Below are positions 19,444 through 28,014 of a DNA stretch of 64,000 bases, piece by piece; positions within the stretch are counted from its first letter, which is position 1; each line of letters begins with the position of its first letter. This stretch comes from Thermoplasmata archaeon (GTDB taxonomy: Archaea; Thermoplasmatota; Thermoplasmata; Lutacidiplasmatales; UBA184): assembly GCA_021819135.1 (NCBI GenBank), contig JAKASE010000009.1:15408-79407 (forward strand). The letters run 5' to 3'. The position numbers and the translations under genes are program-made. Under the pieces are notes generated by a model. It was not told where the DNA came from. It did no database searches and saw nothing but the letters and a program-made list of their open reading frames with translations.

Positions 19444-19939
19444 GGTACTCCAGCTTGTCGGAACGCTTGACGATCCCCTTGAGGCGAGTGGCGCTCATCC
19501 CGAGCTCCTCGGCCACGTCGGAGAAGAACCGACCGTCCGGTCCGACCGCCTGGTAGATCTTCTCCTCGATCTTGCCGTACTCCTTCGGCGGCATGGTCGC
19601 GATCGCGAGCACCTCCGAGATCTCCCCGAGCGGGCTCGTGGTGCTGATGTTGATCGTCGAATAGTAGAAATGGTAGCTCTTCTCGGGCTGGCGCTTCCCT
19701 TCCCGGGCGACCCAGCGGGTATCGATCAGGCGGAGCTTCTCGAAGAAGGCGAGCGCCTTCTCGCCCTCCTTGCCGAACTCGGCGCGCATGTCGTCTAGAG
19801 TGAGCCAGCTCTCCCCGAGCCGCTGGACGAGCTTCAGCTTGACCGGCGAGTCCACGGCCCGCAGGATCGGAACGAGGTCGGATACATCGTTCACGACCTT
19901 GATGCGGTGGATGTTCGCGACCATGCGGTCTCCGATCAC
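19400..19939 (-). CDS. Conserved archaeal ArsR-like winged-helix protein
   Basis: Predicted wHTH segments and PEKSYH motif; translationally coupled to nop10. Confidence 0.7.
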   Translation of the reverse strand: MIGDRMVANIHRIKVVNDVSDLVPILRAVDSPVKLKLVQRLGESWLTLDDMRAEFGKEGEKALAFFEKLRLIDTRWVAREGKRQPEKSYHFYYSTINISTTSPLGEISEVLAIATMPPKEYGKIEEKIYQAVGPDGRFFSDVAEELGMSATRLKGIVKRSDKLEYRGHRIERFQADPGS

Positions 19940-20115
19940 GCGCGGCCGTCCGGGGTCGCCCGTGCGGTGAGCATGCGACGGTACTTCCCGTACCGGTCGG
20001 CCGGGTCAAAACGCGCCGGGTGCGGGGTGCGGGTCGCCCCGCCGCATTCGGGGCACTTCGCCCGGAAGGTGTAGCGCCCGCACCCGCGGCAGACGCGGAG
20101 GATCGATTCCGTCAT
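19936..20115 (-). CDS. nop10: H/ACA RNP protein Nop10
   Basis: CRGCGRYT..CPECGG..HPARF..DRYGKYRR. Confidence 0.95.
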   Translation of the reverse strand: MTESILRVCRGCGRYTFRAKCPECGGATRTPHPARFDPADRYGKYRRMLTARATPDGRA

Positions 20116-20888
20116 GCCCGGACGAACGTCCCTTCCCCTCCGACGGCCTTCACGCTCTTGAGGGCGGCCTCGGTCGCCTTCTTTAGCGTCTCCTCCGCCT
20201 GCTTGTACTGGGCGGCCCGCACGCGAATGCGGTATCGGGGAGCCCCCACGTACTGGACCTCCACCGAGTCCGGGTCGACCTGCTCGGCGGCGAGGAGCGC
20301 CTCCCGGACGTGGTCGAGCCCGTCCGGGCCGGGATCGCTCACCTCGAGCGTGCCGAGGATCGTCACCGAGGGCGGGACGATGTTGTCGTGCGCGACCCGG
20401 AGGAACGCCGCGACCCACGGCACCTTGTCGTTCTCCTTCTGGAACCGCTTCGCGTCGACCGACGCGACCTCGAACGCGCCAAAGAGCGAGCCGTACTTCT
20501 CGACCAGCGCGGGCCCGAACTGGTCGACCGCCTCATCGGTCGGGATCTTGAGCCCCTGGGCGACCTGCTCAACGAGACGCATCGCGCGGGCCTCGTTCTT
20601 CCACGCCTGGACCTTCTCGCGGCGCTGGTGGTCGTTGATGCGCTTCAGCGAGAGATCGACCTGGCCCTTCGACGCATCGACCCGAAGGACGCGGGCCACG
20701 ATCTTCTGGCCCTCGCGGATGTGGTCCCGGATGTACTTGACCCAGCCGGTCGCGACCTCGGAGAGGTGGATGAACGCCTCGCGCTTGTTGTACTCGTCCA
20801 GGGTGACAAAAGCGCCGAAGTTGCGGATCGACGTGACGGTCCCGATGACGAGGTCGCCTTCCTCGGGAAGCTCGGCACGCAGAGGCAT
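20112..20888 (-). CDS. eif2a: Translation initiation factor aIF2 alpha
   Basis: PEEGDLVIGTV S1 domain, HLSEVATGW, KGQVDLSLKR and GAPRYRI. Confidence 0.96.
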   Translation of the reverse strand: MPLRAELPEEGDLVIGTVTSIRNFGAFVTLDEYNKREAFIHLSEVATGWVKYIRDHIREGQKIVARVLRVDASKGQVDLSLKRINDHQRREKVQAWKNEARAMRLVEQVAQGLKIPTDEAVDQFGPALVEKYGSLFGAFEVASVDAKRFQKENDKVPWVAAFLRVAHDNIVPPSVTILGTLEVSDPGPDGLDHVREALLAAEQVDPDSVEVQYVGAPRYRIRVRAAQYKQAEETLKKATEAALKSVKAVGGEGTFVRA

Positions 20889-20907
20889 CCGATGCGCCGA
20901 CCCCCGC

Positions 20908-21084
20908 CTAGGCCGACACCGGGCGGACGAACTCGCCTCGGAGCTTCGCCTGGCCGCCGGTCGGCGTCGCGAGCGTGGCCCCGCAGACGGAGCAGTTGAC
21001 CACGGTCGCGGGACGGCTGAACACCGTCTGCTCGGTCGAGCAGTCCGGACACTTCACGATCCAGAACGGAGATGGGGCGCGCAT
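20908..21084 (-). CDS. rps27e: 30S ribosomal protein S27e
   Basis: VKCPDC..EQTVF..CSVCG..LATPTGG. Confidence 0.95.
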   Translation of the reverse strand: MRAPSPFWIVKCPDCSTEQTVFSRPATVVNCSVCGATLATPTGGQAKLRGEFVRPVSA

Positions 21085-21092
21085 GGACTGTC

Positions 21093-21377
21093 TCAGTGGT
21101 GCTCGACGAGCTCGAGCTGGCTCGCCCGCCAGCTGGCGGGCTGAACGGTGTACTTGCACTTCTTGCACCGGTACTTGAGATAGACCCGGCGCACGGCCTT
21201 CGCACGGCCCTCGGGCTTCGGACGCGGGAACCCTCCGTACCCGCGCGTGGCGCGACGGAAGCGGCGCTGCCCCCAGGCGAGCTCGGAGGCCGCCCTCTTC
21301 TTGCCCTTCTCGACCTCGTGCGCCGTGTGCGTCTTGCACTTCGGGCAGTACGTCGAGACGACCTTTGGATAGTGCAT
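21093..21377 (-). CDS. rpl44e: 50S ribosomal protein L44e
   Basis: TYCPKCKTHT..H, GYGG.P.P and CKKC. Confidence 0.96.
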   Translation of the reverse strand: MHYPKVVSTYCPKCKTHTAHEVEKGKKRAASELAWGQRRFRRATRGYGGFPRPKPEGRAKAVRRVYLKYRCKKCKYTVQPASWRASQLELVEHH

Positions 21378-21587
21378 GGTCACCCGCGCAGACGGCCTCC
21401 ATATAAATCCCCTCCTCCGAACCCGGGAGCCCCGATCGCGAACGGAGAGGCCCTCTGCGGGGACCGTCGCCCCCGGGGGGCAGGGCCCCGTTCCTCCAGC
21501 CGAAACGGGCGCTCCCCGAGAGAGCGAAAGATAACGCTTTAATAGCGAGGCCTGTTCCGCGCGCCCGCCGAACTATCGGACCGTTCC

Positions 21588-22226
21588 ATGCCGGACCGTT
21601 CATCGCTCGAGGTGGTCACCGAGGCGCTCGGGAAGGCCGGTGAGCGGAAGTTCTCCGAGACCATCGAGCTCTCCGTCAATCTCAAGGACCTCGACCTGAC
21701 GGTCCCGAAGAACCGTATCGAGGACGAGATCCCGCTCCCGAACGGGCGCGGTCGGACGGTCAAGGTCGCCGTCTTCGGATCCCCCGAGCTCTGCCAGAAG
21801 ATCCGCAACGTCGCGGACGTCGTCGTCCCGTCGAACCAGCTCGATGACTTCGCGAAGGACAAGAAGTCGGTGAAGAAGGCGGTCAACGGGATCGACTTCT
21901 TCCTCGCCGAGGCCCCGCTCATGCCGACGATCGGTAAGCGCCTCGGGGTCGTCCTGGGCCCGCGCGGCAAGATGCCGCGACCGGTGCCGCCGGGGAGCGA
22001 CCCCACGAACCTCGTCAACGCCCTGAAGCGCTCGATCCGGGTCCGCTCGAAGGGCAACCGGACGTTCCACGCGCCGGTCGGCACCCGGGCGATGCCGGCG
22101 GAGCAGATCGCGCAGAACGTCGATGCCGTGCTGACCCGCATCGTCGGCAAGCTCGAACGCGGACGGACCAACATCGAGTCGGTCTACGTGAAGACCACGA
22201 TGGGGCCGTCGGTCCGGCTCTGGTAG
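21588..22226 (+). CDS. rpl1: 50S ribosomal protein L1
   Basis: RKFSETIEL, LGPRGKMP and VKTTMGP. Confidence 0.97.
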   Translation: MPDRSSLEVVTEALGKAGERKFSETIELSVNLKDLDLTVPKNRIEDEIPLPNGRGRTVKVAVFGSPELCQKIRNVADVVVPSNQLDDFAKDKKSVKKAVNGIDFFLAEAPLMPTIGKRLGVVLGPRGKMPRPVPPGSDPTNLVNALKRSIRVRSKGNRTFHAPVGTRAMPAEQIAQNVDAVLTRIVGKLERGRTNIESVYVKTTMGPSVRLW

Positions 22227-22240
22227 GGGAGGTCATCGCG

Positions 22241-23101
22241 ATGCCCGGTCGAGGTTCGGTCCGGCCCGAGAAGTTCACCGAGGTCGAGTCGCTCACCCGC
22301 ACGGTCCTCGAGCACCGCGTCACGGCGGTGGTGGGACTGCGAGGCGTACCCGCGGCCGCGCTGCAGTCGATGCGCCGCGAGCTCCGGGCCCGTGGCCACC
22401 CGATCACCGTCTCCACGAACAGCGCGATCCGCCATGCCCTCGAGAAGGCGAGCGGCACGCGCCCGTCCCTGAAGCCGCTCCTCGACCAGGTGACGGACCA
22501 GACCGCGATCCTGTCGGCCGAGGGGAACCCGTTCGCGCTCTACCAAGAGTTCCTCAAGACGCGCTCGCCCACCCCGGCGCGCGGCGGGGAGATCGCGCCG
22601 AGGGACATCTTCGTGCCGGCCGGGACGACGAACTTCAAGCCGGGTCCGATCGTCGGCGAGCTCCAGCACGCCGGGTTCCCCGCGGCGATCGAGAAGGGGA
22701 AGGTGGTCCTCAAGAAGGACACCACGATCGTGAAGGCCGGTCAGACGATCTCTCGCGAGGTCGCGGGGATGCTGACCCGGCTCGACATCCTACCCCTCGA
22801 GGTCGGTCTCAACCTCCGGGCGGTCGTCGACGGCGAGACCTTCTACCCCCCGGATGTCCTCTCGGTCGACCTCGAGGCGAAGCGGACGGAGATCGCGCGT
22901 GCGTCCCGCACCGCGCTCGGCCTTGCGGTCCAGCTGGGATACCTCGCCCCGGAGACCGTGCCGCTCCTGCTCGAACGGGCCCACCGTAGGGCCCTTGGGG
23001 TCGCGATCGCGACCGGCTATCCTACGAAGGAGACGATCGAGCCGCTCTTCGCGAAGGCGATGCGGGAGGCGGCCGCCGTCTCCAAACTGACAGGTCACTG
23101 A
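22241..23101 (+). CDS. rplP0: 50S ribosomal protein L10/P0
   Basis: [19 protein letters not shown] archaeal P0 insertion domain. Confidence 0.95.
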   Translation: MPGRGSVRPEKFTEVESLTRTVLEHRVTAVVGLRGVPAAALQSMRRELRARGHPITVSTNSAIRHALEKASGTRPSLKPLLDQVTDQTAILSAEGNPFALYQEFLKTRSPTPARGGEIAPRDIFVPAGTTNFKPGPIVGELQHAGFPAAIEKGKVVLKKDTTIVKAGQTISREVAGMLTRLDILPLEVGLNLRAVVDGETFYPPDVLSVDLEAKRTEIARASRTALGLAVQLGYLAPETVPLLLERAHRRALGVAIATGYPTKETIEPLFAKAMREAAAVSKLTGH

Positions 23102-23132
23102 GGGTCCCCCCAAAGTCCACGGAGTGAGAACG

Positions 23133-23441
23133 ATGGAGTACGTCTATGGTGCGCTGCTGCTCAACGCCGCCGGAAAGCCGATCGACGAGAAGGCCCTCTC
23201 GGGCCTGCTCACCGCCGCCGGGGTCAGCCCCGACGCGGCTCGGGTGAAGGCGCTCCTCGCGTCGCTCGAAGGGGTCAACCTCACCGAGGTCCTCGCGAAG
23301 GCCGAGACGTTCGCCGCCCCGGCCCCCGCCGCCGCGGCACCGGCGGAGAAGAAAGAGGGCAAGGGCGAGAAGAAGGAAGAGGAGGAGAAGGGCGTCTCCG
23401 AGGAGGAGGCGGCCGAGGGACTCTCCGCCCTCTTCGGCTGA
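23133..23441 (+). CDS. rpl12: 50S ribosomal stalk protein P1/L12
   Basis: [10 protein letters not shown]...[13 protein letters not shown]. Confidence 0.97.
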   Translation: MEYVYGALLLNAAGKPIDEKALSGLLTAAGVSPDAARVKALLASLEGVNLTEVLAKAETFAAPAPAAAAPAEKKEGKGEKKEEEEKGVSEEEAAEGLSALFG

Positions 23442-23463
23442 ACCGGTCCTTTCCCGTACCCTC

Positions 23464-23489
23464 GGCCCCGCCGAACCACCGGCGGGGCC
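23464..23489 (+). terminator. GC-rich hairpin downstream of the rpl1-P0-P1 operon
   Basis: GGCCCCGCCG-aaccac-CGGCGGGGCC, a perfect 10-bp stem. Confidence 0.4.
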
Positions 23490-23726
23490 CTACCTATTCG
23501 AGCGCATAGAGCAGCGACCGCGGCGTTCCCGGGCCAAGCGCGGGTCGGTGCCGCCCGGGGGCCCGCCCGGCACGAAGACCATCGTATCCCCCGAGGAGAC
23601 GGCCGCAGGATGCCGACCCGTTCGGGGCCGGAACGACGGAAGACCGGGTAACCGTAGCCGCTCCGCTTATGACCCACGCCCCGCTGGGTCACGGTGAAGG
23701 AGTCACCCTCCTCGCTCGGTGCCCGC

Positions 23727-25139
23727 ATGCCCGCTCGGGAGTTCTGCGGCGTTGTGGGGGTCTCGCTGCAGGGCAAGGGGGCCGCTCCCTACCTTTTCCG
23801 GGGCCTGCGGGCCCTCCAGCACCGGGGCCAAGAGTCCGCGGGGATCGCGACGACCAGCCACGGGACGCTCTACCAGCGCAAGGGGATGGGTCTCGTCCAC
23901 GAGATCTTCGGCCAGGAGCTTCTGGACTCCCTGCGCGGCGCCGTGGGGATCGGCCATGTCCGCTACTCGACCACCGGCTCGAGCGATATCGAGAACGCGC
24001 AGCCGATCGTCGTGAAGGTCAAGGACGAGGACGCCGCCATCGCGCACAACGGCGACATCGTGAACTTCAGCCGGATCCGGCGCCGCCTGGAGTCCCAGGG
24101 GATCGACCTCCTCGGGAACGCCGACACCGAGTCGATGGCCCAGATGATCGCGCTCGAGTACGGGCGTACCCGCGACCTCGAGGCCGCGATCCGGCGGGCC
24201 TGCTCGGAGATCATCGGAGGCTACGCGGTCGTCTTCCTCGTCGGGAACCGCGTCTACGCCTTCCGGGACCCGCTCGGGATCCGTCCCCTCGTCTTCGGCA
24301 CGGTCGAGGGCGGGGTCGCGGTGGCGAGCGAGTCGGTCGCGCTCGAGCTGATGGGCGGCAAGGCGGTACGCGATGTCGCTCCCGGGGAGGTCCTGGTCCT
24401 GGAGAAGGGCCAGCTCGCGCGCACCTCGCTCATCCCCAACAACGGGGACCGCGCCCACTGCATGTTCGAGTGGGTCTACTTCTCCCGGCCGGACTCGATG
24501 ATGGAGGGCCAGCCGGTCTACGACGTCCGCTACCGTATCGGCCAGCGTCTCGCGGCGGAGGCGCCGGTGAAGGCCGACCTGGTGGTCCCGGTGCCGGATT
24601 CGGCGCGCCCCCAGGCCCTCGGCTTCGCCGAAGGGACCGGCGTCCCGTACGCCGAGGCGTTGATCAAGAACCGTTTCGTGGAACGTACGTTCATTCTCCC
24701 GGACCAGAAGCGGCGGGAGTTCGAGGTACGGGTGAAGCTCCATCCGGTGCCGGGGCTCCTCCGGGGGAAGCGGATCGTCCTTCTCGACGATTCGATCGTG
24801 CGGGGGACCACCCTCCGGGAGATCGTCCAGATGGTCCGCGGGGCCGGGGCGACGCGGGTCGATGTCCGCATCGGTTGCCCTCCGATCCGGGCCCCGTGCT
24901 ACTTCGGCATCGACATGAAGGAACGCAAGGAGCTCGTCGCCCACAATCGGACGGCGGAGCAGATCGCCGAGGTCGTGGGGGCCGACAGCGTCCACTACCT
25001 CTCGATCCCCGGGCTCGTCGAGTCGATCCGCCTCTCCGAGAACCAGCTCTGCCTCGGGTGCCTGACCGGCCGGTACCCGGTCGAGGTACCCGAAGAGCGA
25101 CACCGGTTCCAGAAGTCGCTGGCGGAGTTCGGCGCGTGA
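23727..25139 (+). CDS. purF: Amidophosphoribosyltransferase
   Basis: EFCGVVG Ntn-Cys, LQHRGQES, GHVRYST, CMFEWVYF and LDDSIVRGTT. Confidence 0.97.
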   Translation: MPAREFCGVVGVSLQGKGAAPYLFRGLRALQHRGQESAGIATTSHGTLYQRKGMGLVHEIFGQELLDSLRGAVGIGHVRYSTTGSSDIENAQPIVVKVKDEDAAIAHNGDIVNFSRIRRRLESQGIDLLGNADTESMAQMIALEYGRTRDLEAAIRRACSEIIGGYAVVFLVGNRVYAFRDPLGIRPLVFGTVEGGVAVASESVALELMGGKAVRDVAPGEVLVLEKGQLARTSLIPNNGDRAHCMFEWVYFSRPDSMMEGQPVYDVRYRIGQRLAAEAPVKADLVVPVPDSARPQALGFAEGTGVPYAEALIKNRFVERTFILPDQKRREFEVRVKLHPVPGLLRGKRIVLLDDSIVRGTTLREIVQMVRGAGATRVDVRIGCPPIRAPCYFGIDMKERKELVAHNRTAEQIAEVVGADSVHYLSIPGLVESIRLSENQLCLGCLTGRYPVEVPEERHRFQKSLAEFGA

Positions 25140-26056
25140 GGAGCGCCGTCCTGCTCGGACGGGGTCCCCGGCTCTTCCTCGTGACGCTCCCGGACGGGGC
25201 CGTCGAGGGGTTTCCCTGGGACGTCGCCCCCGAGCGCGCGGCCGAACGAGCCGCGGCGCACGGCGCGGAGCACCTCCCTACGGGTCTCCGTGCCCGACTG
25301 GGGTCCCTCGGAACCGACCTAGGGCTCCTCTCGGGGGAGCCGGGTCTCGGCCCGGTCGTCGCCCGGGAGCTCGGACGCGCCGTGGGGGAGGCGACCCTCA
25401 CCGAGCTCCGGAGCGCGCGGGCCCGTCTCCCCGAGCTCGCGGAGGACGAAGAGCGGGCGTTCGTCCGGGCCTTGGCCCGCCTCCGTCTCGAGCAGGCGCT
25501 CCGGAGCCCCGACGAGGTCCTCGTAACGCTCGCCCGTGAGGAGATCCGGGTCGAGCGCTCGGTCGGACGCGAGGCGCGGGCGGCGGAGGCGTTCGTCGCC
25601 GTGCCGGGGACTCCGCTCGAACCGTACGCGCGCGAATGGCACCGCATCCGTGAATCGCTCGAGCAGCACCACGCCTCCCTCCGGGGCGAGGTCGAGCGTC
25701 GCGCGCGCGCGCTCCTCCCGAACCTCTCGGAGCTGGTCGGACCGCTCGTCGCCGCACGGCTCCTCGCGGTCGCGGGCGAGGCCGGCACGCTCGCTCGCCT
25801 CCGCGGACCCCGCCTCCAGCTCCTCGGGTCGAGGCGGCGCCCCTCCGCCGAACGGGGGCCCCGCTACGGCGTGCTCTACCGGGCCGACCGGATGGAGGAG
25901 CTGCCCCTCGGGCGCCGGGGCGCCTACGCTCGCAGCCTCGCCTCGCTCGCCGCGATCGCGATCCGGGCGGACGTGCTCACGCATCGGGACCTCACGACGA
26001 CGCTCGTCGGGCGCCGGGACCGTCGGGTCCGCGAGCTCCAGCGGAGGCGACCGTGA
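25136..26056 (+). CDS. nop5: Divergent Nop5/Nop56-58 C/D RNP scaffold protein
   Basis: PNLSELVGPLVAARLL..AG..LA..LQLLG..PRYGVLY..RG..AR.LA...AIAIRAD; directly upstream of fibrillarin. Confidence 0.85.
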   Translation: MRSAVLLGRGPRLFLVTLPDGAVEGFPWDVAPERAAERAAAHGAEHLPTGLRARLGSLGTDLGLLSGEPGLGPVVARELGRAVGEATLTELRSARARLPELAEDEERAFVRALARLRLEQALRSPDEVLVTLAREEIRVERSVGREARAAEAFVAVPGTPLEPYAREWHRIRESLEQHHASLRGEVERRARALLPNLSELVGPLVAARLLAVAGEAGTLARLRGPRLQLLGSRRRPSAERGPRYGVLYRADRMEELPLGRRGAYARSLASLAAIAIRADVLTHRDLTTTLVGRRDRRVRELQRRRP

Positions 26057-26823
26057 GGCCGCCGACCCGGTTCCGTAGCCACCCGGCTTCCGCTCGCCTC
26101 GCCCTGCGCCGGGACTCCGGGCGCACCGAGCTCTGGACGGAAACGGTGGGGGCGCTTCCCTCCGTCTACGGCGAGCGCTGGATCGAGCGGGACGGCCGGA
26201 CGTTCCGTGCGTTCGATCCGAACCGTTCAAAGCTCTCGGCGGCCGTGGTGCATGGCTGGTCCGGGGAGCTTCCGTCCCCCGGGCAGCGCTGGCTCTACCT
26301 CGGGGCCGCCAGCGGGACCACGGCGTCCCACGTCGCCGACCTCGTCGGCCCGCATGGTCGCGTCTACGCGGTCGAGCGCAGCGTTCGCCCGTTCGCCCGA
26401 CTCCTCGAGCTCTCCGCCCGGTGGCCGAACCTGCTGCCGATCCTGGCCGACGCCCGGGAGCCCCGGAACTACTCCGATCTCGTGCCGCCCGTGGACGGCC
26501 TCTACGCGGACATCGCCCAGCCGGACCAGACCGAGATCGCCTACCGGAACGCCGCGCTGTTCCTCTCGGGAGCCGGGGGGCTCCTTCTGATCGCGCTCAA
26601 GACCTCGAGCATCGGCCGGGAGGTCGGTCCGGCGGGTCACCTGGCCCGTGCGGAGACGGAGCTCGGGTCCCGGTTCGCGCTCGCGCCGTCGGTCAAGCTC
26701 GACCCGTTCCACCGGGCGCACTACCTGGTGGGGGGACGGGCCCGGGACCCGCTGTTCTCGGAACGAGGGACGGTCTCGCTCACGAAGCGGGACGGGCGGC
26801 GCCGCGCGCGATCAGCACGGTGA
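26053..26823 (+). CDS. flpA: Fibrillarin-like rRNA/tRNA 2'-O-methyltransferase
   Basis: RSKLSAA, LYLGAASGTTASHVAD and DIAQPDQ. Confidence 0.96.
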   Translation: MRPPTRFRSHPASARLALRRDSGRTELWTETVGALPSVYGERWIERDGRTFRAFDPNRSKLSAAVVHGWSGELPSPGQRWLYLGAASGTTASHVADLVGPHGRVYAVERSVRPFARLLELSARWPNLLPILADAREPRNYSDLVPPVDGLYADIAQPDQTEIAYRNAALFLSGAGGLLLIALKTSSIGREVGPAGHLARAETELGSRFALAPSVKLDPFHRAHYLVGGRARDPLFSERGTVSLTKRDGRRRARSAR

Positions 26824-27901
26824 CGATGTCCTCGTCGGCGAGGACGTGGTCGCGTCCGACGGTCTGACCCGGGAACCGGGCGCTGCGTCCCCAGACCTGC
26901 GCCGAGCGGAACGTCCGATCGAGATCGGACGGGAGCCGGCGGAGGAGAGCGCTCACGGGGTCGCCCTTGCGGAGGATCACCGGCTCGTCGAGGTCCGGCG
27001 GTCGTCCCGGGGGCTTGACGAAGACCCGGATGAAGTGGAGCGCGTGCCCGAGCCGATCGATCAGCTCCTCGAGGCCGACCTGGTTCTTCGCGGAGATGAA
27101 GATCGGGTCGAACCCGCGGAGGTCAGCGGCGAGACGCGTGCGCTCGGCAGGGGTGAGGAGCTCGGCCTTGTTGAGCACGAAGAGCGCCGGAACGTAGACC
27201 CGGTTGCCGGCGAGGACATCGATCAGCTGGTCGACGGTGGCGTCCTCGCGGAAGACGATCGACCCGTTGTGGACGCCGAACTCCCGTGCGATCTGGGCCG
27301 CTGCCCCGCTCCCGAGATGGGTCAACCGGACGGTGCTCGACACCGTGAGCCCGCCGCGGTCCGAGCGCTGCACCACGATCCGCGGGGGGCGCTGGTTGAC
27401 GCGGACCCCCGCTCCCTCGAGCTCGTTCGTGAGCGCGCGGAGGTTCGGGTGCTCCGGGTCGATCAGGAACAGGATGAGATCGCAGGAGCGGACGACGGAC
27501 AGGACCTCCCGTCCCCGCCCTCGCCCCTTCGCGGCCCCCGGGATCAGCCCAGGCATGTCGAGGATCTGGATCGACGCGCCGCCCCAGCGCAGCATCCCCG
27601 GGATGATCGATACCGTGGTGAAGTCGTAGGCCCCGGTCTCGCTCTCCGTCTGGGTGAGACGATTGAGGAGGGTGGACTTGCCCGTGGAGGGGTACCCGAC
27701 GAGACCGACCGTCGCGTGCCCGCTCTTGCGGACCCCGTACCCCGTGCCCCCGCCGCGTCCCTTGGCCCGGGTCTCTCGCTCGAGGCGAAGGACGGCGAGC
27801 TTCGCTTTCAGCCGACCGATGTGCAGCTGGGTCGCCTTGTTGTAGGCGGTGTTGCGGATCTCCTCCTCTACCGCGGCGATCTGTTCTTCGAGCGACGACA
27901 T
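26780..27901 (-). CDS. DRG-family GTPase
   Basis: YNKATQLHIGRLKAKLA, GYPSTGKST, AYDFTT and a TGS domain. Confidence 0.95.
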   Translation of the reverse strand: MSSLEEQIAAVEEEIRNTAYNKATQLHIGRLKAKLAVLRLERETRAKGRGGGTGYGVRKSGHATVGLVGYPSTGKSTLLNRLTQTESETGAYDFTTVSIIPGMLRWGGASIQILDMPGLIPGAAKGRGRGREVLSVVRSCDLILFLIDPEHPNLRALTNELEGAGVRVNQRPPRIVVQRSDRGGLTVSSTVRLTHLGSGAAAQIAREFGVHNGSIVFREDATVDQLIDVLAGNRVYVPALFVLNKAELLTPAERTRLAADLRGFDPIFISAKNQVGLEELIDRLGHALHFIRVFVKPPGRPPDLDEPVILRKGDPVSALLRRLPSDLDRTFRSAQVWGRSARFPGQTVGRDHVLADEDIVTVLIARGAARPAS

Positions 27902-28014
27902 CGGAGGAGCGGCCCGGGGCCTACGGGGCTCGCATCCTACTTGAGCGTGACGAGCCGTCGGCCACCGTTCAGGGAGGGCCGGGAGCGGTTAAGCCCCGCC
28001 CGGGTCGGACGCCC

